A DNA stretch of 64,000 nucleotides. Origin: Eledone cirrhosa. Lineage: Eukaryota. The notes under the pieces are model-generated. The model was not told the origin of the DNA. It did not search any database and worked only from the letters and a program-made list of their open reading frames with translations. Each line of letters starts with the position of its first letter. Position 1 is the first letter of the stretch. The DNA lies in assembly GCA_964016885.1 (NCBI GenBank), contig OZ024749.1, positions 54,994,001 to 55,058,000 of the forward strand. The letters run 5' to 3'. This document shows positions 15,998-33,122 of the stretch, piece after piece. Position numbers and translations under genes: made by a program.

Positions 15998-16050
<53 letters not shown>

Positions 16051-16419
16051 ATAAACGTACATTTTTGAAAAAGTAGATGAATAAAAAGTACATATATAGA
16101 ATAAAATAACAGAAAAGAAGAAATTCCTGAAAATGTTTCTCTAAGTGAGCTGAACTGAAACTATCCATCACTCTTGCATATGGTTGTAACTGAAACACCA
16201 TGATACACCAAGAATTTTGATCTTTTTAGGAATGCATATGATCCGTTTAAATATGAAATAACATTTTATTTTTACGTGCATGCAAGTAGAAGCATTAAGG
16301 TTAAACGTAATGCCAATATATACATGTATATATATTTAAACACACACATATGTATATTAGAGAGAGAGAGAGAGAGAGAATATATATATAATATAGAGAT
16401 AATTTATATATATATTTAA

Positions 16420-20220
<3,801 letters not shown>

Positions 20221-21154
20221 TGTGGGTTGTGATCTGCATACAATCAAAACCAAACGCATATGTATGTGCATATTTATATATATATATGTGAGTGTATATG
20301 AGTGTATGTATACACAGGTGCCTGTGTGTATCAGTACGAATGTGTTTCAGAATATAAAGGGGAAATGGGTGTAAAAGTAAAAAAAAGAGGGGAGAGACAA
20401 GCACGAACTGGTAAGTGGGTGTGAAAGAACTAGAGAGAAATTGAATGTGTATACGCATGTGTGTGTGTGTGTGTGTGTGTGTCTGCATCATTGCATGTAT
20501 GTATGTGTTTTATCCAAATAAGATACATCTGGTATAATGCACATAAATATATAAAAAAGGGAAGAAATAAATATATATAAAGAGAAAAAAAATGACTGGG
20601 GACTGTAAAAAAATATCAAGATAACACGATAAAAATAAAACGTATATATATTCGTAGAATTACTGTTATTATATTTTTCACTATTTTTTTGTTATTAATT
20701 CTTTATTATTTTTATAGTGCATTGACATATTTAACGAAAGTACCTCTCAGCATCCGACACCATATATTTTTTTACATTTTGTCGTCTGCTCCTTTCAATC
20801 AGAGCAGTTCTCGTAAATATATGCAGCTCCAACGCAGTGAGCATTGCAACAATTCTATGTAAACTAAAACAGATGTAAAGCTTTGACCAAATTATTATGT
20901 AAGGAGACGTAACAACAATTCTTTTATTTTATATGCTATGTTTTATATTTTATTTGGGATTTTTGCGTTCACTATTGAATAAACCCTCAATTATTGATGG
21001 GGATTTTATAAAAAAAAATATATTTGCTTACAAAGATATAATTTTCGCTACTTGATTACATAACTCAGGGCAAAGTAGTGTGATTAAGTTTAAGTTCAGA
21101 ATGGTGAGAACACACACATACATACATTCATATACACACACAAATATATAATGT

Positions 21155-21191
<37 letters not shown>

Positions 21192-21937
21192 AAAGAGAGA
21201 GAGGAGAAAGATGTGTGTATATATATGTTTATATAACTATGTATATACATATATATATACATATGTATAAGTAAAAGAGAGGAGAGAAGGAATTAGAGGC
21301 GAAGATAGAAAAGGATAGAGAGGTAGATAAGTTGACAGGAAAATATTTAGATAGATACACGTCAACCATATATATATATATATGTATATATACACACACA
21401 CACATATATATATACATATATATATACCTAAAATTGTTCTTGGAACACCTTGAAATTATAGCATTCGCCCCCATTTTTTTTTCTTACTCCTTGTACCAAT
21501 TTGTACATTTACATAAATATACATATACACATAGTATACATACACACGCACACATATATATATATATACATATATATATTTAAGCCCACAAAATGCTAAC
21601 GAAAACAAAGCACGGCATCATCAACTCTGTCGTTGAAGACAAAGCTTAGCTTCTCAGACACGTGACTGATGTCATGAAAAGATGATTTAAATATTAAATA
21701 TTGCGAAAAATGGAAAATCCCCGGAGGTGAGTAACATCCCAACATATCTCTTAGAACCTGGAGAGTTACAATGTTCTAAGTTACAGACAGTTGTTACCTG
21801 TCAGAGCATTTGAGAAACGTAACATTGGGCAAATGTCTGGCTCCAATATTTGCGGATAGACTTCCCCAAGAATGGCAATTACAGAATATTCAATTTAATT
21901 AGACACCACTCTAAACTCCTGCCACATCCCATATGTA

Positions 21938-21984
<47 letters not shown>

Positions 21985-22134
21985 TACATATACCGCCTTT
22001 GTGGTATTTTTTTCTTGGTTGTAAGGGGCTTAGCTCTGTTTCTTGACCGCTGTATCACGTGATTGACTCCCCCTCCGCCTTTCGGGATTCTATCTCGCGT
22101 CCTACGGATGTGTTTTGAAACTCTAAACGAGGTA

Positions 22135-22227
22135 TCCTCTTGATAAGTCGGCAAACCTCACAAAAATACTGTATCTCTGTGATGTAGTGTTTTTACATAA
22201 TATGCCACAAAACTACGCAGTCGAGGA
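22135..22227 (+). ncRNA. Decayed type-I hammerhead motif
   Basis: Stem I TCCTC/GAGGA, core TTGATAA, stem II GT(C)GGCA/TGCCAC, AAAACT-ACGC-AGTC. Confidence 0.4.
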
Positions 22228-22312
22228 GTAGTGAAGGAATTTGGGTATGGTATATCTTATTAATTATATCTAATGTTTCTTCTTTCTTTATAATGTATTA
22301 TATATATATATA

Positions 22313-22407
22313 AATAAAAGATTCAGGACCTGAATCTTTATATATTACCCACCCTACTACCCCAAGTATCGAGTACTCTGGTGGGTTATAGTTTTTACCA
22401 CATCCTA
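22313..22407. mobile_element. Family P copy, opposite orientation, with short foldback
   Basis: AAAGATTCAGG-A-CCTGAATCTTT followed by ATTACCCACCCTACTACCC..GAGTACTC..TTACCAC. Confidence 0.6.
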
Positions 22408-22919
22408 TCTGATATATATATATATACATATGTATGTATGTGTGCATATATATATATATACTCATACATATGTAGATATATGTGTATAAATGTGTCTGTG
22501 TATATATATATATACAGATATATGAACACATGTACATATATACATATGACGTGCACATATACATACATATTTGTAGAGAGAGAGAGAGAGAGAGAGATTT
22601 ATGTAGAGAAAGAGAAATAGAAAAGCTGGACGGTGATCCATCTTTTCCTTGAATATTTCTCTCCTCATTCGTTTTATTGGATATTTCATTTGTACGAAGT
22701 TATATTCAAAATATAATATACTCGCCAGAATTTAATATAAGTGATGGAAATATTTCTTTCATATCCAGAGAAATTCGGGGTTCATTGTGAAGCTGCGACG
22801 TTGGAAAATGTGATTATGAATGCAACTACTTCAGACATTCTGGCTGCCATGTTTTTATACGAAGACAAATGATTATGATGGAAGAAAAATAGCTGTGAGT
22901 ATATTTCTCTTCTATTAAA

Positions 22920-23480
22920 TAGTAGTTTGTTGGTATTTTGTAGTAGTAGTGGTGGTGGTGGTGGTGGTGGTTGGTGGTGGTTGTAGAATCAGTAGTAGTT
23001 GTAGTAATGGTGGAGGTGGTGGTTGTAGCATCAGTAGTAGTAGTAGTAGTAGTAGTAATAATGGTGGTGGTGGTGGTTGTAGCATCAGTAGTAGTAGTTG
23101 TAGTAGTTTTCTTTTGTGGTTGTCGATGGTGTTGTTGAGGATGATGGTGGTGATATTTATGGGGCTTATGATGATGATGATGATACTGTTGTGAATGACG
23201 AAGACAATGACGACATGCGCATTGATAGCAAAGATGACTACGGCGTCGATGGCAGCAACGATGGCAATGGTGATATCGATAATTATGATAATGAAGACGA
23301 TGAAGATGATCATGATGACAACGATGATGACAACAATGATGACAACGATGATGATGATGATGATGACAACGATGATGATGATGATGACAACGATGATGAT
23401 GATAACGATGATGATGATAACGATGATGAAGATATTTTTGTTGTGCCTCATGCACCTGCTGTTAATGATGATGATGACTA
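22920..23480. repeat. Cryptic trinucleotide tract (GTA/GTG changing to GAT/GAC)
   Basis: Direct inspection. Confidence 0.9.
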
Positions 23481-24553
23481 ATTTGATAATAATAGGTATT
23501 ATGAGAAGGAAAGTTTGCTGTCTGTAACGAAGAAGCTGTTAGTATCTACCCTGTATGTTCATATATAAATTTACAGTTAAGTCATAACATAATTGCATCT
23601 ATAAATAATTACCATGTATTTCTTTAGTATTAGATAATATTTTGAATGACAAGATTTATACATATGTCATACGCTTAAGTGAGTATGGATGTCTTTCGTT
23701 TACAGAAGATAGTTTGTTTTTTTGTGTCTATTAGAAACCGCTTGTTTTTGAAATAACTCTCATTTGCAATATCGATGTCATGAATCATGCATTCAAAGAA
23801 CAACTCCTGCAGTAATTTAACATCCCATTACGAAGATTGTAACGGGTAGATGATTAAAGAGAAAATTCAAAAGAGAATTACAAATAAGAGTTTAAATAGG
23901 GAATATAGAGAGCAACATGAAATATACTGTAATAATATATCAAATGAGATTTTAACAATAGCCGCGAGGATGGTCAAGCTGCGAAGTTAATTGTTGATAT
24001 TAATGCCAAAAATGGTAATATTTTATATATTAATCTTTCATTGAGTAAGCCAATATTTTCTTTTTGTTTTTGTCTTGTTTCTCTCGTGAATAGCGTAGGT
24101 CAGATCTGATTGGGGAGAAATATAGCAATATAAGAAGGTGGTAATCGATTGGGTAGTAGTGAACAGCTTTGCAGTTGATTTCTCTTTTGGCATCATATTG
24201 TATATGCTGTCAAACAATGAGTGGGAATGTAGGGTACTACGCTGGTATCTGGAATAAATTTTGCTATCCATTCTGTAGCAATATTAATGAGAGCTTTAAA
24301 TTAATCTCAGCAGAGACGGATGGCATACATGCTTGTCAAAATATTTCTCTAGTTCTGGCTGGACATCCACTTCAGCTTTTTAAGCCTATTATCACAATGT
24401 TGCTAATATTGAGCAGTTATTTTTACTGCTATGGTTTTAGTAGCTTTAGTTAACTCTACTAAAGTCCACCTCAGACATAGAAGTAATATATCAAATAATA
24501 AATCTATAAGTTGGTTTAGGTCATCATAACTACCAGAGTATATACTTCATTCT

Positions 24554-24598
<45 letters not shown>

Positions 24599-24725
24599 AG
24601 TGATGTAAATAAATACATGAATAAAAGCGGTACTTTTTGGTCCTCAACGTTTTTGGCAGCTTCAGTGATTCTATATTGCCAGAAAGAAAATTACCTGGTT
24701 CATTCATGAACACACACACACACAT

Positions 24726-24757
<32 letters not shown>

Positions 24758-24769
24758 CATGTGTGTTTG

Positions 24770-24808
24770 TGTGTGAGTGAGTGAGTGAGTGAGTGAGTGA
24801 GTGAGAAA

Positions 24809-24868
<60 letters not shown>

Positions 24869-25030
24869 AAATGTGTGAGTGAGTGAGTGTTCATGTGAGA
24901 ATGTGTGTGGTGTTGTGTATGTATGGTGTTGTGTATGTGTGGTGTTGTGTATGTATGGTGTTGTGTATGTGTGGTGTTGTGTATGTGTGGTGTTGTATCT
25001 GTACCCGTGTGTGCATGTGTGGTGTTGTTT
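24770..25030. repeat. (GAGT)n, (GT)n and a 16-bp (GTGGTGTTGTGTATGT)n minisatellite
   Basis: Direct inspection. Confidence 0.85.
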
Positions 25031-25959
25031 GTGTGTTCGTGTGAATGCGTGTTGCAGGTATAACGGAACCAAAGCTGAGAGCAGAGTGTAATGGGACCAG
25101 ATTAAGAGAATCATAGTATAAGATTGATGGGATTTCTGTTGAAATTTTACAAGTTAACAGCTGAATGGATACATTGGGGCTCAGGGAGATCCAATTTGAG
25201 ATTCTAATGCCTGTACAAGGATTGTTTATGATGTACTGGGTCGTAAATTGGTATAAGGGAACGAAGAAAGTCAACTGTAACGTGTCAGCTTATGTGACAT
25301 ATAACTAAAAATCTCAGAGTAGCAGAAACCGGAACGATAGCAGCCCGCTTGAGGAAGGAGCCTTGTGAGGTGGGCTGGCTGTTTGCAGCATGTATGTCTC
25401 CGGTCGTTCTTCGTAGTAATGCCTTTGCCATTTTGTCCGTGGGTTGCTACTGAGGCACTGCTCAGACTAGGATGTTGTCTCCCCTTTATCTGTGCTTTTT
25501 TTCTTTTTCTTATTTTGATTTCTATTTCTAGTTACCTTTAAAAGTTTGTTTTGTTTTTGGAGAAATAGCTTCATAAAATAAAGAAGAAATTGTGATTAAA
25601 TGTAAATATGAATCTCTAAAATATAGGATGGATGGTTTGTTGTTCACGTTGTAGTTTAGTCCTTGTGTCTCCCCTAAATTTAATGTTTGCAAACTGTCGG
25701 AGGGACTGTAAATGTAATTCAAAAGGCCAGCCTTGTCAAAACTAGTGAATGGAGTGTTATGTAACTCAAACAAAAATAACAGACGCACGACCAACAACAA
25801 AAGAATCCCATAAGAGAAAGAACAACGAAACAGGATCGCTATGTCACCACCGAAAGTTTACAAGATTGAGTTGTGAATATTTCATAGGCTGGCTGACTAT
25901 GAAGGATTAATGCTAGAGCTGTGAAGTCTTGCAAGTATTAATTTCTTTCTAGAGCGGTG

Positions 25960-26030
25960 GTAGATAAAATAAAGTACCAGTAATGCATTGGGTAATTGCT
26001 GGCCTTGTGCCAAAAGTAGAAACAATTTCT
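25960..26030 (+). mobile_element. SINE family A 3' fragment, short variant
   Basis: GATAAAATAAAGTACCAGTAATGCATTGGGTAATTGCTGGCCTTGTGCCAAAAGTAGAAAC. Confidence 0.8.
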
Positions 26031-27435
26031 TTCTAGGGAACATGTTGAAAAATAAGTCTCATTTGGTCCTTCTATGAGAATATCTTAGTCAGCTTATAGT
26101 CTTTTCATTCGACCCTCGTATATGAATTTGTCTTATGGAGGGATTTGAACTGCCACCATAGTTTTATGTCAAATCAGTTTTCCGACATACAATAGGAAAT
26201 TCTGTCTAAAACGAAAAGAGTATCAATTGTATTAACTATCAAGGTGTTATTTAAGGAGAGAAAAGATTAGGAATGGATTATTTCAAAACACCCTAGCGGA
26301 TCTCTAAGGGTTCCGTTAATCACGTTACTAAACAAATGAGAAAATGATTTCCAATCAGTCTCAGAAGTCAGCTGTTCATGTGATATATAGTTGAAAATAA
26401 GTTCTTACTCTTAGTTAGGAGATTTCACTTAGACATTTTTTCTCTGCTGTTCCATTAAATATGCAGACTCTAATTAATTCTGAGCCCTTTCTCTGCGGGT
26501 CCCTATATTAGGACCATTCTATAATATCTCGCCTATGTAATAAACTATATTAACTGACAAAATCTACGTAAAATATTGAATCTATCACACTATACGTTTG
26601 GGAATAAGAATAATCACCAGCAATAATGTTTTGAGCAGATACACAAAAATACTTATGTAGTCATATACATACCTACATATATATATATATATACACACAT
26701 AAATACATACATACACGTGAGAGAGATAGATAGAGAGAGAGATAGAATATATATATACACCCCATCGTATTAAGAAAGAAATGCAGAGATGTATACATGA
26801 ACGAAATAGGTTCACACATTAACATTGAGACATTATCTCCCCTTGCATTTCAGTGTCACTAAAGATTACTGCTAAAATAATATAGAGAGTTTTTTATAAA
26901 TCTCTATATAACACATTGTATTCAATAACCCCTCCATTAAATTATTTCATTTGAACTCATGCTATTAGCCCAGAGTTTATCTCCCTTAACATATTTCTAG
27001 ACCTTTTGAATAGATACGAACGCTCATGTTTACATACGCATACTCACGTCACATATATTTCTACTTAGATGCACACATTCATACGTATATATATATATGG
27101 GGGTGTGTGTATAAATTTCTGAGTGTTTGCACGTATGTGTGTATGTATGTTTGTGTGTGTGTGCATATATGTATTCATGTATATATGTATGTAGTGTGTG
27201 TAGATATGTATGTATATATGTTTGTATATATGTATGATTTTTACAATAAATTAATATATTAGAAACGTAAATGGGGAACAAACAACGGAATACCTGTCAT
27301 AACATGCTTTAATAATTCGTTAACAATGGGCCTATAGTAAATATAATTGGCCTGCTGTGCAATATCCTGTTTAGAATAGGTTGTTGTATTTGTTGTTAAA
27401 ACTTCTATTGTGACCCATTTTATTTGACCAACATT

Positions 27436-27945
27436 GTAGCGTCGAACAACATGCTTTTCGGCATACAATGACAGACTACGTTCCGAGTTCAAATCCTGCC
27501 GAGGTTAACTTTGCCTTACGAGGTCGATAAAATAAAGTACCAGTCACGCACTGGGTCGATTTAATCGACTTTTCCCTCCCTCCAAAAATTACTGGCCTTG
27601 CGCCTATATAAGAAACCATTATTATAATATTATAGATTCTAAGTTCACATTCCGCCGGGGTTAGCTTTGCTTTTTATCCTTACCAGTAATGTTCTAGGGT
27701 CGATTTAATTGACTCCCCCCCCCCCTCTACCAAAATTGTTGGCTCTTGTGATTAAATCAATAACCATTATTATTATTTTATTATACGTTTTGAGTTTATA
27801 TTCCACCGAGGTTAGCTTTGCCTTTTATACTTACGGGCTCGATAAAATAAAGTACCAGTAACGCACTGGGGTTGATTTAATCGACTTCCCCTTTCCCTTC
27901 AAATTGCTGGCCTTGTGCCAAATGTAGAAACCATTATTATTGTAT
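27436..27945 (+). mobile_element. Head-to-tail trimer of SINE family A
   Basis: Three successive copies (about 27436-27630, 27635-27778 and 27785-27945), each ending ACCATTATT. Confidence 0.85.
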
Positions 27946-28561
27946 CATTATCATTTCGCAACGACAATGTGGTTTTAAAAGAAATGGCAACATGAACTGT
28001 TTTATGTGAATGCACTGATATGCATATATAACAGGCAATATACATAAGCCGAAGTATGTATTACATCATGCATTATTAATAAGTGACATTATTTCTGAAA
28101 CATTATTCTTCATACGCTATAATTACCTGCTATATAGCTTTTACCTTTGCACTCACCGCTTCATCATTTTTTTCCTCCGTCATATTCTCTTCATTTCATA
28201 GTTATTCTACTCTCGGAAAAAATACGTTTATCCTATCGAGTTACACATCAAATTGCTAATATATCTTTCCAGAGACTCGTACTAATATTTCTTTATTTTT
28301 ATTGTTTCTTCTTTTGGTTTTTGTCTTTCTCATACCACTAATGAATTACCCGGCCGACCACTCGGTGTGCTTGACTGAAGAGTCTTTAATTAGTTTTGGA
28401 GTAGAGGACAGGAAGAGCAAAGGTTTGTATAAGCCTAATTGTAACTTCGTAATTCATGTGGTTTTAGTAAGATTCATAGCCAACTTATAGCAAACACTAC
28501 CGTAGCTGGCCCCACTCCCTTAGACAACCAACAGTTAATGTGAAGTTCTTTACTCAAGTGG

Positions 28562-28630
28562 AAGCGCGTGGCCTAGTGGTAAAGGTGTTGGACCTACGAT
28601 CATAATGTCATCTGTTCGATTCCTGGACTG
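28562..28630 (+). mobile_element. tRNA-like SINE head (family B)
   Basis: GCGCGTGGCCTAGTGGTAAAGGTGTTGGAC..GTTCGATTCCTGGAC, with clear A and B boxes but no canonical cloverleaf. Confidence 0.65.
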
Positions 28631-28724
28631 AAAGATGTTAAACAAATGGCTATGCAAACAATTGTGCCTACATGAGGCTATAGAAAGTGTAATACATATC
28701 TATCTATCAATGTGTTTATCTATC

Positions 28725-28880
28725 TATATTTTAATCGTTGGTCAATAAATGATAAACGTTGATTGCCAAATAAATTAACTATGGAGATATAAAAGAATCA
28801 GAAGCGAAAACCAACCAAACAGTGGTGTGTTCTGTTATTTCTGGCAATATTATTACATCAATATGACCCTCCCTAAGTAT
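28725..28880 (+). repeat. Dispersed repeat E, copy 1
   Basis: GATATAAAAG..GAAGCGAAAACCAACCAAACAGTG..TTCTGGCAATATTA..ATATGACCCTCCC, shared with 57740-57902. Confidence 0.8.
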
Positions 28881-30414
28881 AACAATATCTATCTATCTAT
28901 CTATCTAAATAATGGACAGACTGTCATTTATACTGAATTGATCCAGTTAGAATTATTATAGAATTCATTGGTACTAGTATTCGATGTATTCAATAATCAA
29001 TTTCAGTCTTGAATTATCAAGCTCGAGCAAGTCCAGTGATTAACTATGGGTACATTAAATGGCATTTTATAAAATGCTTCTTCAAGATATTTTATTTTGC
29101 CGTTTATAAAAGTGCTTATCACGTTGATTGTTTGTGGTTCGTACGTACGCCCAGGCCAGACCACAGCGTTCTTGTACATAGTGTGATAAACCTCTGTTGT
29201 TGTTGCTGCTGCTGATGTTAAATTGCCACAAGAACTTAACATAGTTCATGCGATATAAAACAATCAAAAGAAATAAAATAAAATAAATTCCGGTCAAAAT
29301 GAAAACAAAACAAAAATAAATACAGTTTTTCTTTCCGTAATTAAAAGTTTCTAGGTTAAATTTAGTTTTCAATGATCAGAGTGCGTGTCCTTTTTCTCAT
29401 CACAGAATCATCCAAATTGGAGCTTTTCATGGTATAAATCATGCTTCTTTCAGCCGATTAGTTCCATTTATTTTCAATCTAATTTAGCTATTTGTTTTGT
29501 TCGTTGTTCTATTTGATTACTACATAATCAATGTCTCGTTTCTCAGTTGGCAGATTTGAAGAGAAGCAGACGACAACCAGCGATGCCTACTTTTACTGAG
29601 AAACTGAACAAGCTGAAAGGCTACAAAATTGCTCCCTGTAAACTCTTCATTATCAATGCCTTTTGTTTGTTTGTCCATGGACATAATCGGTTTATTCTAC
29701 AGCAGAATTGTTTTGAACATGTCACGAGATATGTGCTATGAATACAGCAATTAGCGTCCAGTTGAACTTGTAGCCTGACTTTAATGATATCTTACAGAAT
29801 CCACTATTAAAATATGATCGATATGAATTATAAGAAATGTGAATAGCATAAAATTCGATGCAAAGAATTACTCGGCATATATTCAAATCTACTGGCATAA
29901 AAGTAGAATTTGATGTAATAAAAAGACAACACATAGAACATGTAGAAAAGTACAGCAACGCATACATACATTATATATATATAGATATATATGTATAAAG
30001 AGAGAGACATAGAGAGAGAGTCTGAAAGAGAAAAATGTATATACAGATATACACCATTCAAATCCATGCATGCGTACCCAAGCGTAGATATCGTCATAGA
30101 ACAATCCACAATAAAATGAAACATTACAATAAGCTGATAGGAACACGGAGTGACAGACAACAATACAAAAACTACACATAAATCCCACTGTAATAAAAAT
30201 GTGCTGTGCTGCAACAGAGTGCACCAGAGTGCAACATCCTTGAACAATTGCAATATATCCATATAGTCAGACAATGCAATTAAAACACCCACCAACACAC
30301 ACGCATGCATCACAACACACATTGTTCAGATATGATTTAATATGTTGCAGTTGTTGCTGTTAATATTGTTGTCGTTCGTGTTACTGTAGTTGGTCTTTGT
30401 TTAATTGTTGCTGT

Positions 30415-30660
30415 TTAGTTTGATGCAGGTCTAAGTTGATCCAGTGAGATTTACTGTCAAAGACATTCCTGTTGTGATCGTTTTCGGACAGTGCATCTAC
30501 TTCATTATCTAGTGGGTCCTTGTTAAGGAGAATAGAATGTGATGTGTGATTTAAGGAGGATTTGGCTACTATTTCTAACGACCACATAGTGATTCACTTG
30601 TTAGAGTGTTCTGTGCGATTTAAGGAGGATTTGGTTGCGATTTCTAAGGAACAAGTAGAC
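30415..30660 (+). repeat. Dispersed repeat family D (GATTTGGCTGCTATTTCTA motif), internally duplicated
   Basis: GATTTAAGGAGGATTTGG..ATTTCTAA occurs twice here. Related copies lie near 34760-34820 (+), 34880-35060 (-), 43355-43440 (+) and 59775-59835 (-). Confidence 0.55.
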
Positions 30661-30689
30661 TCATTTGTTTGCTCATATTGCAACAGACT

Positions 30690-30826
30690 TATGTCCATTT
30701 ACGTTCTGAGTTCAAATCCCACCGAGGTTAACTTTGCGTTTCATCCTTAAGGGGTCGATAAAATAAAGCCCCAGTAATGCACCGGGATAATTGGTGGCTT
30801 TGTACCAAAAGTAGAAAGAATTATTA
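30690..30826 (+). mobile_element. SINE family A, short variant
   Basis: TACGTTCTGAGTTCAAATCCCACCGAGGTTAACTTTGC..GGGGTCGATAAAATAAAG..AAAAGTAGAAA. Confidence 0.85.
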
Positions 30827-31689
30827 CATACTGTTTGTATACATATCATATTTATAGAGGCCATATATTTGAGAAGGCCGGTGATCATATATATATAATA
30901 GGCTTTGATTTTCTTTAATCCCACAATATTGAGCACATTACATGTACTAAAAATTATGTCACTGTTAAAACAAATTATGTAAGACTGTTCTAGTAGCCCT
31001 GTATTATTACATTTTTTTTTATTCGATTTTCTATATATATGTGTGTGTGTGTGGGGGGGGGGGGGTATATGTGAATATATGTGTGTATAAACGAGGGAGC
31101 AAGAGAAAGAATGTGTGTGTATGTTTGTCTATGCCTGTCTTTCTCATATATCGATTAAATGATGCGACATAAAGTGAGAAAATTTCAGTTAATATTCTAA
31201 CGACTTGGACACTTGCAAGTATCATGTTCTTTTACAAAACCTTTTGACCCGTTGTAACCCTTCGTGTAATATGAACGTATGACTAAAGCGAGGAGTCCAA
31301 CTACAGTTAGAAGATAACGGTAAGATACATGTCAAAATATTTGCTAGGAATGGACATCAGCCACACATTTCTTATCAGATAAACGATAGTTATTCTAAAC
31401 TTTAAATGAAAGACAGCTGCAATACCCTTAATAATATATTCTATCATTGTACACCCGTCATTGAGTGGATTTAGTGAGGTGGAAATTTAATATATTACTT
31501 ATCTCTTCTTACGGAATACATCTTTACCATCCTAAAGCCTTGCTGCCAATGTATACAAAGTAGTCGTTTGTTACTTGTTGAATACTTGGTGTTGTGTCAG
31601 AAGATTATGACATGTCACGTGTGTAAGACAACAGGCATGATTTATCACAGTTCCTAACCTAAGAGTATCTGCTATTACTCTTTACGAAG

Positions 31690-32040
31690 GATAGTATGTA
31701 ACATACATCACTGTTATAGATCTACAAACAATCTCAGTTCATGACTAATCCTGAAACAGTTGCGATAAAGCTACTAGATGTTACATTTACTACAACAACG
31801 ATGGCTTCAGAACTGGCAAATATATTTATATTTATTGGTACTATAAGAAAGATATCTGAGAAATCTCCAGGAAACACAACCACGAGCTTTACATCTATCG
31901 ATTTTGCTTCTATTTTCTTCTCTTTATATAGCGAAAAGAAATGGAACATTTTATTCTATTATGATAAACGACTAATCTAAAGAAGAAATGATTTAGTTGT
32001 CATAGAAGCTAATGTTGACATGAATAGGGGTCAATTTATA
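31690..32040 (+). pseudogene. Possible decayed RTE APE remnant
   Basis: IRKISEKSPGNTTTSFTS..FYY..RNDLVVIEANVDMN weakly resembles the APE segment GNPxTTIISxY..FY..HNVLIIGGDMN. Confidence 0.25.
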
Positions 32041-32382
32041 TGAAACAAAGGAACACTCCGAGACGAAATTCCGAGAAGATAACTAATGAAATCAATAAAA
32101 TAATTATTTAGGCCAAATACTGGAAGGAAGAAATTATACAAGGATAACAGCCATAGATTGAATAAGATCAGTGAATGTTGGGGAGGTAGAGATGTATGTA
32201 AAAATATGTAAATTTATATGAGTAATTAAAATAGACATATCTATTGGAGATCATGCTACGCCCGTATTAATTCATGCCAAATAATTGCAAATCTCACACA
32301 CACACACGTCAGCGTAGATGTCATATAAATATACCTATACGAAGACAAATATAGATAAAAGAGGGACATATATTATATACAT

Positions 32383-32413
<31 letters not shown>

Positions 32414-32749
32414 ATTGAAGTAATTCCGTCGGAAAGGTCCAGGAAAAAAGAGTGTTCTATGCAGGTTACCCTGAAAGCTGTAGAGTGCTCAACTAATCGG
32501 GCTTTGCAGCATAGAGTTACGGCCCTTTACGTTCTGAGTTCATAACTATATATATACATGCATACATACATACATACATACATACATACATACATACATA
32601 CATACATACACACACACCTAATCTGCTTCTTCCCATGCATAGAGTATTCTCCTGATTTCTACTCTCGGCACCACAAACTATATAACAGTAATGGTTGCAT
32701 TCTGTAAGGGTATGTCAATATTTATTTATAAAACTGATCTATATTATAT

Positions 32750-32806
32750 TTTATCTGATGAAAGAACACCATAATTTAACTTGGTGTCCTTGAAATATGT
32801 ATAATG
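32750..32806 (+). ncRNA. Minimal type-I hammerhead ribozyme motif (PLE/retrozyme-like)
   Basis: CTGATGA (32755-32761), stem II AAGAACACCA/TGGTGTCCTT, GAAA (32792-32795), then TATG-TA. Stem I is imperfect. Confidence 0.55.
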
Positions 32807-32850
32807 AAATAAATATGGTTTTATAAATATAGTTTCCATTTGTTAATATC

Positions 32851-32894
<44 letters not shown>

Positions 32895-33061
32895 TCCACC
32901 TCACCATTGTACTACGCTGTCTCTTTTTCTTCGTTTGATTTCATTCACATTCCTTACAGAATATTCTCTAAATAATAGTTTCACTGTCCTACGAGCCTGA
33001 ATTATTCTCTTGTTTCTGAGATGGTATATTTCTCTTCCAACTAGCCATCCTCTCTTCGTTC

Positions 33062-33075
33062 TTTTTTCTCTCTCT

Positions 33076-33122
<47 letters not shown>

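Noticed and set aside
23116-23481. Asp-rich (aspein-like) protein
   Set aside because: A (GAT)n-type tract that is open in several frames on both strands, with no signal peptide or splice support.
25055-25500. Possible L1/Tx1 3' remnant
   Set aside because: GC-richer and vaguely similar, but no diagnostic motif could be read.
28365-28420. CTGAAGA with a following stem as a hammerhead
   Set aside because: No GAAA/NUH half in register.
28562-28630. Functional tRNA gene
   Set aside because: A and B boxes are present but the acceptor and anticodon stems do not pair; it matches a SINE head.
29060-29200. Tc1-like transposase fragment (VVWPG..INGK)
   Set aside because: Similarity is too weak to support without a profile search.
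29547-29741. Exon or ORF after a CAG acceptor
   Set aside because: No matching donor or recognisable protein; isolated splice-like sites are common in AT-rich DNA.
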